DNA from: a virus
Taxonomy: Duplodnaviria > Heunggongvirae > Uroviricota > Caudoviricetes
Virus record (IMG/VR): IMGVR_UViG_2609459850_000004
Coordinates: 1 to 16,327 of that record
Direction: 5' to 3' (one strand)
Length of the DNA: 16,327 nucleotides
How positions within the stretch are numbered: position 1 is the stretch's first letter; each line of letters starts with the position of its first letter. The notes below the pieces were generated by a model, which saw only the letters and a program-made list of their open reading frames with translations, was not told where the DNA came from and ran no database searches. This document shows positions 8,387-14,696 of the stretch, piece by piece. Position numbers and translations under genes: made by a program.

Positions 8387-9264
8387 CGGCAGTCGTATGT
8401 TGCATACTGTCGCGGCGCATCCATGCTGGCTTGTACCCACTGAGCGTTTAGGATGGCTTTTCCTTTACGTTTAATGTATTCAATACCAACCCAACGACCG
8501 GGCAGACTGGTAGCAACCATCCACTCCATTTTTATATTATCCGGTTCGTTGTTAGTGCTGCCACCAGCACCGATGGGAGTAATTTTTTGCGTCTCTGGTT
8601 TCGCGCCATTAATTCTGGCCCAGCCATCAGCAGAGGAAAGATCTATCCTATACGGTCCACAAACTATTATGTAATTGATGCCAAGTTTTTCGTTGCTGCG
8701 AGCTTTCCTGCTTTTCTCATAATCTTCCTTCGCAACATCATTCATCTTTTGATAGATAGCAGGTTGTTTTAAAGAAAACTCATTCAGCTTCTTAATAAAG
8801 TTTTCTCGCGGAACCTCTGCAAGCCCCATAGATTTTCTATCAAGGATATAGTCATCATATATCTTTGACACAACAGAAAGTGATGACAGTTTTTTAGCTA
8901 AATCATTTGCAAAGTTTAGATAATTAAGTGGTGAGTTGTCTCTTATATCAATAGCTCTAACTCCACCTGTACCGTATTCATGATAAGCAGCATAAAAAAC
9001 AGGTATACTTTCAGGTTTTTTGTTAATCGCTTTAATTAGTCCTTCTGGACCGCAAGACTCTCCACTCCAGTCAATAAGCGACTTCCCTTTCGATTTCCAT
9101 GTTTGGCAATCATCAGCTGATAAAATTAAAATTGGCTGCCACCCCGGGCGTTTTTTGTAACTAACATTCTTATCAGAATTGAAGCCTGCATTTGCGCATC
9201 CAGAAACGAGCAGCACCGACAGGAAAATCACACTGTATCGAAGTCCATTCATGTTCTTATACAC
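8374..9264 (-). CDS. Lipoprotein of unknown function
   Basis: 296 aa; signal peptide with lipobox LLVSGC; strong RBS AGGAGGAGG upstream of the GTG start at 9264 (alternative ATG at 9252). AT-rich compared with neighbours. Confidence 0.65.
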   Translation of the reverse strand: MYKNMNGLRYSVIFLSVLLVSGCANAGFNSDKNVSYKKRPGWQPILILSADDCQTWKSKGKSLIDWSGESCGPEGLIKAINKKPESIPVFYAAYHEYGTGGVRAIDIRDNSPLNYLNFANDLAKKLSSLSVVSKIYDDYILDRKSMGLAEVPRENFIKKLNEFSLKQPAIYQKMNDVAKEDYEKSRKARSNEKLGINYIIVCGPYRIDLSSADGWARINGAKPETQKITPIGAGGSTNNEPDNIKMEWMVATSLPGRWVGIEYIKRKGKAILNAQWVQASMDAPRQYATYDCRKVK

Positions 9265-9308
9265 TCAACCTCCTCCTGAACGAGCTATAGTCGCCTGGCT
9301 AATCAGAT

Positions 9309-9322
9309 GGCACTGTTGCAAA
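9309..9322. repeat. IS26 terminal inverted repeat (14 bp)
   Basis: GGCACTGTTGCAAA, the perfect reverse complement of 10115-10128. Confidence 0.95.
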
Positions 9323-9360
9323 GTTAGCGATGAGGCAGCCTTTTGTCTTATTCAAAGGCC

Positions 9361-10065
9361 TTACATTTCAAAAACTCTGCTTACCAGGCGCATTTCGCCC
9401 AGGGGATCACCATAATAAAATGCTGAGGCCTGGCCTTTGCGTAGTGCACGCATCACCTCAATACCTTTGATGGTGGCGTAAGCCGTCTTCATGGATTTAA
9501 ATCCCAGCGTGGCGTTGATTATCCGTTTCAGTTTGCCATGATCGCATTCAATCACGTTGTTCCGGTACTTAATCTGTCGGTGTTCAACGTCAGACGGGCA
9601 CCGGCCTTCGCGTTTGAGCAGAGCAAGCGCGCGACCATAGGCGGGCGCTTTATCCGTGTTGATGAATCGCGGGATCTGCCACTTCTTCACGTTGTTGAGG
9701 ATTTTACCCAGAAACCGGTATGCAGCTTTGCTGTTACGACGGGAGGAGAGATAAAAATCGACAGTGCGGCCCCGGCTGTCGACGGCCCGGTACAGATACG
9801 CCCAGCGGCCATTGACCTTCACGTAGGTTTCATCCATGTGCCACGGGCAAAGATCGGAAGGGTTACGCCAGTACCAGCGCAGCCGTTTTTCCATTTCAGG
9901 CGCATAACGCTGAACCCAGCTGTCAATCGTGGAGTGATCGACATTCACTCCGCGTTCAGCCAGCATCTCCTGCAGCTCACGGTAACTGATGCCGTATTTG
10001 CAGTACCAGCGTACGGCCCACAGAATGATGTCACGCTGAAAATGCCGGCCTTTGAATGGGTTCAT
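9361..10065 (-). CDS. tnp26: IS26 transposase Tnp26 (DDE, IS6 family)
   Basis: Translation MNPFKGRHFQRDIILWAVRWYCKYGISYRELQEMLAERGVNVDHSTI...GDPLGEMRLVSRVFEM recognised as Tnp26. ATG at 10065 lies 64 bp inside the element end; the track ORF begins at an upstream TTG (10083). Confidence 0.95.
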   Translation of the reverse strand: MNPFKGRHFQRDIILWAVRWYCKYGISYRELQEMLAERGVNVDHSTIDSWVQRYAPEMEKRLRWYWRNPSDLCPWHMDETYVKVNGRWAYLYRAVDSRGRTVDFYLSSRRNSKAAYRFLGKILNNVKKWQIPRFINTDKAPAYGRALALLKREGRCPSDVEHRQIKYRNNVIECDHGKLKRIINATLGFKSMKTAYATIKGIEVMRALRKGQASAFYYGDPLGEMRLVSRVFEM

Positions 10066-10114
10066 GTGCAGCTCCATCAGCAAAAGGGGATGATAAGTTT
10101 ATCACCACCGACTA

Positions 10115-10128
10115 TTTGCAACAGTGCC
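10115..10128. repeat. IS26 terminal inverted repeat (14 bp)
   Basis: TTTGCAACAGTGCC, the perfect reverse complement of 9309-9322. Confidence 0.95.
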
Positions 10129-10154
10129 CGTGCAGTTAAGCAGAGGGCTGAATA

Positions 10155-11306
10155 ATGGTGAACGAGAGACGAGATTATGAGGTTAATTTCCTGTACTACC
10201 CGGAAGTGTTCGCTGCGGCTCTGTCGCGTGTTGAACCAGACACGTCAGTCCTGGGCTGGCTGGGCCAGGCTCGCGCTCTGGCGTGCTGGTGTGAGCTGCT
10301 GAGGCTCGACCCACTGGAGACCTGTGTGGAGTGGTCTGCGCGTGGTGTGAACGCGGGTAAGGCCGACAGGGCAATGTTAGCGTCGGCGCTGCGTGACCTG
10401 GATGACCTCGACCGGCTGGCGGCGGCTGGGGCGTTCCTGCGCTCCTCCGGGGTGGCTGCTGACGTTGCTGCCGGGCGCATCGCTGTTCGTGAGCCCACCG
10501 AGGACGAGCTGGCTGCTCGTCAGGCGCATCTGGTTGCACTACGGGAACGTGCGGCTGCTGCTGCGGCGAAGCTGACGGAGGCTCGCATTAAGGCAACCGG
10601 TAGGGCGCGGATGCTGCTGCATCGCGCCAAAAAGCCGGGGAATGCGGCGCTGTACTGGAAGGCCAAGGAGCGAGCTGCGGAGCGTTTGCTGCCGTGCCCT
10701 GACGACGTGAAGTGCTCGGACTGGAGCACGTTCCTGCCGGTGCTGGGTCGCGTGTGGTGGAATGAGTCGCTTCTGGTGCCGCTGTACGGGGTGAACGAGT
10801 CACTACGGTTGGAGTGTATGTCAGTGGAGGTGATTTGCGGTCGCGCCAACCCTGAGGCGGCAGGTTCGCTGGGCGAGAAGCGTGGCCTCGAGAATGCACC
10901 GCGTGAGGGGCTGTTTTACCCGTTCGACCTGTCCAGCGTCCGTTCTGGTAACCCTCTGGTCATCTGCGAGGGGTTCATGTCGGGGCTGGCGCTCTCTCTG
11001 CTGATGGGCGGCAAGCTGCCGGTGATCTGCGCGATGTCGGTGGGTAACTTCGGGGCGACAGTGCAGACGCTGAATAAGTTTGTTATGGGTGACTCCCCGT
11101 TCGTACTGGTACCGGACATTGGCGGGCAGGATCTGGCTATCGATCAGGCTATCCCGAATGCCCGGGTGATCGACCTGTCGGCGGTACCGGGAGCCGAGGG
11201 CGTGGACGGCTACGACCCGTTCGATCTGCTGGCGCGTCATGGTGTCGAGATGGGACGTAAGTATCTGCGGAGCTTGTTTCGTGAGGCGCGTGACGCGAGC
11301 CTGTAG
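10155..11306 (+). CDS. Toprim-like domain protein (primase-related?), high GC
   Basis: 383 aa; RBS GAGGG 7 nt upstream of the ATG. C-terminal half carries NPLVICEGFMSGLALSLL...PVICAMSVGNFGATVQ...FVLVPDIGGQDLAIDQ, resembling Toprim motifs (DnaG-like EGxxD...DxD region). The Ala/Arg-rich N-terminal half is unrecognised. In-frame stop at 10149-10151 shows the ORF is not truncated by IS26. Confidence 0.55.
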   Translation: MVNERRDYEVNFLYYPEVFAAALSRVEPDTSVLGWLGQARALACWCELLRLDPLETCVEWSARGVNAGKADRAMLASALRDLDDLDRLAAAGAFLRSSGVAADVAAGRIAVREPTEDELAARQAHLVALRERAAAAAAKLTEARIKATGRARMLLHRAKKPGNAALYWKAKERAAERLLPCPDDVKCSDWSTFLPVLGRVWWNESLLVPLYGVNESLRLECMSVEVICGRANPEAAGSLGEKRGLENAPREGLFYPFDLSSVRSGNPLVICEGFMSGLALSLLMGGKLPVICAMSVGNFGATVQTLNKFVMGDSPFVLVPDIGGQDLAIDQAIPNARVIDLSAVPGAEGVDGYDPFDLLARHGVEMGRKYLRSLFREARDASL

Positions 11307-11337
11307 TGGTACCAGGTTTCTCTCTCTCGTTGTTCTC

Positions 11338-11363
11338 AGCCCGCTTCGGCGGGCTTTTATTTG
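11338..11363 (+). terminator. Rho-independent terminator
   Basis: Stem AGCCCGC / GCGGGCT with TTCG tetraloop, followed by TTTTATTTG; 32 nt after the stop at 11306. Confidence 0.6.
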
Positions 11364-11374
11364 AGGATCTCCCC

Positions 11375-11680
11375 ATGACCGACCAGACCACCACCATCGC
11401 CGACCTGGCGCTCTCACAATCCGCGTTTCTCGTCTCTCAGGCTGTCGTTGAGCTGGACGCCATGTTCGGCGAGGGCTATGCCGCTGCTCACCCGGCTGTG
11501 CTGGCTCAATTCCTGCAGACGGCGGGGGTCATCTTCGCCACACAGCTGCAGGCTTCTGCCGCGTTCGACCTTGCCTCGCAGCTCGACCGCCTGATTGGCT
11601 TGGGGCTGGCTTGCTGCAAGCCAATCAGGGTGCCTCGCACTAAAACGCCGGGGCCGGCTGCGATCAGTCCTTTGCTATGA
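11375..11680 (+). CDS. Hypothetical small protein (101 aa)
   Basis: ATG at 11375 preceded by GAGGA at 7-nt spacing, immediately after the terminator. Ala/Leu-rich with no recognisable motif. The track ORF begins upstream at 11306 without an RBS. Confidence 0.45.
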   Translation: MTDQTTTIADLALSQSAFLVSQAVVELDAMFGEGYAAAHPAVLAQFLQTAGVIFATQLQASAAFDLASQLDRLIGLGLACCKPIRVPRTKTPGPAAISPLL

Positions 11681-11828
11681 GGCGACGCCCCAGGGGTTCG
11701 CCCCTGATCAGCTGGAGTCCGTAGACCGGACGTCTGATGCCCGGTGGCGGGCGTTCTACCTCGCCAGCTATGGCTACTGCCTCGAGTACGCGGGGTTTTG
11801 ACCTGGGCGGCGGCTGCCGCGCTACCGG

Positions 11829-12356
11829 TTACTTCAGGTCAGGCATCCGGCGGGTGATCACCGTGTTGATGCGGTCGTTGTTCCATGGGCGACCGTTCGA
11901 CTGCAGGAGCCCTGCCTCGTTCAGCGCCTGGGCGATAGCTTTGTTGTCGTAGCGGAATCCCCGATCGCGCTGCTCCTCCCTCATGCGCCGTATGGTGGCC
12001 ATCACCTCGGCCTCGTCGTAATGCCCCGAAAATTCAGCGCCAGCGGGGCGCTGTGCTGCGTTTTGTGTTTCAGATGAGTTACTAGTCAGCTTTTCAGCCC
12101 GTGGCCTTGTAGCGCGTCCTGTTGGCTTCTGTAGCACATTGTGTTTCAGCGTATTCGAGATGTCCTGCAGCAGCTCCACCATCAGGTCGAGGCGGTTGCC
12201 GCTCTCCCCCTGCGGCTCTGGTATGCCAAGGTATGCACGGAGTGCGTCGGTAATCACGTCGGTGCGGGTACGGTTCGTTTTCTCGGCCAGCTCGTTCGTC
12301 TGCTCGAGCAGGTCGGCGGGGAGACGTAGGCTGAATGTCGGGCTTTTGCGCTGCAT
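11829..12356 (-). CDS. Ribbon-helix-helix DNA-binding protein with recombinase-like C-terminal domain
   Basis: 175 aa from ATG 12356, with AGGAG-containing RBS. N-terminus MQRKSPTFSLRLPADLLEQTNELAEKTNRTRTDVITDALRAYL is a typical RHH (CopG/Arc-like) segment. C-terminus EVMATIRRMREEQRDRGFRYDNKAIAQALNEAGLLQSNGRPWNNDRINTVI resembles the recombinase-family DNA-binding domain pattern (IA..LN..G....G..W....V..I). No serine-recombinase catalytic domain is present. Confidence 0.55.
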   Translation of the reverse strand: MQRKSPTFSLRLPADLLEQTNELAEKTNRTRTDVITDALRAYLGIPEPQGESGNRLDLMVELLQDISNTLKHNVLQKPTGRATRPRAEKLTSNSSETQNAAQRPAGAEFSGHYDEAEVMATIRRMREEQRDRGFRYDNKAIAQALNEAGLLQSNGRPWNNDRINTVITRRMPDLK

Positions 12357-12860
12357 CCGTGTTGCTCCTGTGTGGTCTGGTGCCACCGATTGAAACACGT
12401 TTGTAACTTCTCGTCTATTTCGACGTGTTGCGCTTGTGCTGCATAACCGGTACGGGTCGAGCCCTTCGGCTCGACTCTCTGGTGCCAGTGGACAAGCCCT
12501 GTGGACAATTTGCCGTGTCAGTGAATAAATGCGTGGCGCGATCACGACAGCTCGATAAGCGGTCGCCGTTCAGTGGCGTGAAGGGTTAGGATCGGTTAAG
12601 CTGATCGTCGTTCGTGGATTATGTTGGGTGATCTGCGGGCACAAAAAAAGCACCTGGCCGGGTGCTTTGATTGCCGGGGTTAAACCCCGTAGTTTCGAGT
12701 CAGTGTCTTGACGGACGTACTCGAAGGAAATCATACATCACGTTGGGTGATTCTCAAATCCTCGCTGAGAATTGTATCACGTCGATAAGATCGTGCAAGT
12801 CGATTTCCTCCGTAATCCCCCGCCTGACGCCGACTCCTACGTTTTTAAAGGAGTTGTAAC

Positions 12861-14420
12861 GTGCCAAAAACTAAACAAGAAATAGCCACTGTAACGCCGA
12901 TCACCGCTGCACCGTCACCGCTGTCGCTAAAATTGGGCGATGCGCTGTTTTCTGTCTTGTCGGTGTCTGCGGACTGGTCTGGTGACTACCGCGCTCAATT
13001 CGAGCTGTATGGCCTGAATGTAAAAGCTATCAACTCTGCCGTCGGCACTGCCGTCTGGCACGCTGGCAAGGGGCGGTTCCTCTCTGTCCTAAATGGCTCC
13101 CTGACCGAGTTCGATAAGGGCGACGGAATGAAGCTGCTGGAGGACTCCTGCGGCAAGTTCTGGCACCGCACCGATGCGTTTATCGCCCGCCTGACTGACC
13201 TCAAAATCAAGACCGACGACAAGGTAACCAAGGCGTGTATCGATATGGCTCGGGCTGTTCGTCAGGCGGGGGCTGAGTTCATCATGCTGCGCCGTCAGGT
13301 GGCAGTCGTTCGCCTCGACGTGGACATGTTCGCCACGGCTCCTCGCGTCGAACTGGTGGGTGAAACTGTGACGTTCGTCCGTCCTCATGCTCCCTATCCG
13401 GTGGCTAATGCCGACAGTGACGTGGTGGCTGATTGGCTGGTTCATTTCCCTCAATGCCATGAGTTCCTCGACGCGCTGGTTGCAGCCCGCTTTGCCTCAA
13501 GCCGTAAGAATGCCTACCTGTTTTTCCGTGCGCAGTCCGATTGGGGTAAGGGGCTGCTGTTTGGTGCTGGCGGCGTTCTGTCACGCCTGGGAGCGACGGT
13601 GGAGCTGTCCGAGGGGGAGCTGCTCAACATCCTGAGCGGTGCCAACTCCGGTGTAACGGCTAGTCACTTCATGGGGGCGCTGGCGCTGATCGTCAACGAA
13701 TGCACCAGGGTGACGAAAAAGCACTTTCGTCTTGAGGAGTCGCTGGCTCTGACGCCGAAGTACCTCACGACGCAGTGCGTGAACCTGTACATGAAAATTT
13801 TCACCAGTGCCGACCCGATCCCCGGACTGTCCGACTCCGACGGAATTGACCCGCAGGTGGCGAACCGCTTTTCTATGCTCGATCTGCAGGGCGACATCAA
13901 GACGCGCCCGCTGTTCCTGTCCGACAAGGGACGCTATGTCGACAGCCTGACGTCGTTCTTTGCCGCCGAGCTGAATGCCAGGGTGGCGTCCTATCAGGCT
14001 AAGGGCTTTGAGACCGCTCGCCGCGATGCCGACCATGTTCTGGCTGCTTTCACCACTGCGCATGGGTTGGCGAATGCTGCCGGGCTGATCACCGACGCGT
14101 ATGACGAAATTCGGGCTGAGTGGGTGGCGTTCGTCCATGGGCGTGTTGCTGATGGGCACCCGGACTTCCTCACCTTCGAATCAAAGGCTGGTTTGGTTCT
14201 CCGCTCTCCTGTCGGATGCTGGGGTAAGTTCCTCGACTGGTACGTGGACAAAAGCGAACCGCTGCGCCGTGCTCGCCTGATGCATGACCGCGATCTGATC
14301 ATCGGCTGCGCGAAAAAATACCGCGATGTTGGTGGCGCTGCTGAAGGCAAGGGGGTGCTCATCCCGTTCGTGTCCGGCTCGATGCCCGACAACGTCCACC
14401 GGTTCCGGTACAAAAATTGA
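12861..14420 (+). CDS. Hypothetical 519-aa protein, candidate replication-associated (unrecognised family)
   Basis: Long high-GC ORF with GTG start preceded by AAGGAG at 7-nt spacing, followed by a strong terminator and an iteron array. No family recognised; the replication role is inferred from context only. Confidence 0.65.
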   Translation: MPKTKQEIATVTPITAAPSPLSLKLGDALFSVLSVSADWSGDYRAQFELYGLNVKAINSAVGTAVWHAGKGRFLSVLNGSLTEFDKGDGMKLLEDSCGKFWHRTDAFIARLTDLKIKTDDKVTKACIDMARAVRQAGAEFIMLRRQVAVVRLDVDMFATAPRVELVGETVTFVRPHAPYPVANADSDVVADWLVHFPQCHEFLDALVAARFASSRKNAYLFFRAQSDWGKGLLFGAGGVLSRLGATVELSEGELLNILSGANSGVTASHFMGALALIVNECTRVTKKHFRLEESLALTPKYLTTQCVNLYMKIFTSADPIPGLSDSDGIDPQVANRFSMLDLQGDIKTRPLFLSDKGRYVDSLTSFFAAELNARVASYQAKGFETARRDADHVLAAFTTAHGLANAAGLITDAYDEIRAEWVAFVHGRVADGHPDFLTFESKAGLVLRSPVGCWGKFLDWYVDKSEPLRRARLMHDRDLIIGCAKKYRDVGGAAEGKGVLIPFVSGSMPDNVHRFRYKN

Positions 14421-14426
14421 ACAATA

Positions 14427-14448
14427 ACCCGCTTCGGCGGGTTTTTTT
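14427..14448 (+). terminator. Rho-independent terminator
   Basis: Stem ACCCGC / GCGGGT with TTCG loop followed by T7 (14442-14448); 7 nt after the TGA at 14418-14420. Confidence 0.7.
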
Positions 14449-14454
14449 ATGGCT

Positions 14455-14535
14455 TGGAACCTCGCTGGAACCTCGCTGGAACCTCACTGGAACCTTCTTA
14501 AACCCGCGCCATTGCTGGTTGGAACCTTTGGAACC
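14455..14535 (+). repeat. Direct iteron-like array of heptamer TGGAACC
   Basis: TGGAACC at 14455, 14466, 14477 and 14488 (exact 11-bp period, unit CTGGAACCTCG), plus two more copies at 14520 and 14529. Confidence 0.8.
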
Positions 14536-14606
14536 TGATTTTCTAACCTTCTCTCTCCAATAACGAAAGCTCTCTCAATTTCCCTGATTACTCTTTTTAA
14601 AAAATA

Positions 14607-14696
14607 GGTTCCAAGGTTCCATCGTTGATTTTAAAAGATTTTTTAAGGTTCCAATGCGGTTCCAAGGCGGTTCCACAAGGTTCCAAGGCGGTTCCA
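14607..14696 (-). repeat. Inverted-orientation array of the same heptamer (GGTTCCA)
   Basis: GGTTCCA at 14607, 14615, 14647, 14658, 14669, 14679 and 14690 (10-11-bp period in the last five, unit GCGGTTCCAAG). Separated from the direct array by an AT-rich spacer (14536-14606). Confidence 0.8.

Larger units (their letters stand above)
9309..10128 (-). mobile_element. IS26 (IS6 family), complete 820-bp copy
   Basis: Perfect terminal inverted repeats GGCACTGTTGCAAA (9309-9322) and TTTGCAACAGTGCC (10115-10128), exactly 820 bp apart, enclosing a 234-aa Tnp26 ORF. The 8-bp flanks differ (AATCAGAT left, CGTGCAGT right), so there is no target-site duplication. Confidence 0.95.

Noticed and set aside
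9538-10155. 205-aa plus-strand ORF inside IS26
   Set aside because: Antisense to the Tnp26 coding sequence and crosses the element boundary; an antisense artefact.
10115-10160. IS26-derived hybrid promoter (TTGCAA -35 in the inverted repeat) driving the flanking genes
   Set aside because: No acceptable -10 hexamer at 16-18-bp spacing on either side, and on the right side the RBS would overlap the predicted transcription start. Not supported by the sequence.
10183-11417. Several long minus-strand ORFs (10183-10539, 10196-10498, 10520-10849, 10588-10899, 10821-11417) antisense to the Toprim-like gene
   Set aside because: Typical spurious ORFs of high-GC DNA (Arg/Pro/Ser/Ala-rich, mutually overlapping, no RBS); the plus-strand ORF has the RBS and a recognisable motif.
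13089-14413. Minus-strand ORFs (13089-13460, 13581-14159, 13994-14413) antisense to the 519-aa gene
   Set aside because: Same reasoning: high-GC antisense artefacts with Arg/Pro-rich translations.
11340-14441. Identical 14-nt hairpin CCCGCTTCGGCGGG at two terminators (11340-11353 and 14428-14441) as evidence of duplication
   Set aside because: GC-stem/UUCG-loop terminators of this kind are very common; identity over 14 nt is not enough to infer a repeat element.
14455-14696. CRISPR array
   Set aside because: Repeat units are 7-11 bp with no unique spacers of 25-40 bp and occur on both strands; this is an iteron-type array, not CRISPR.
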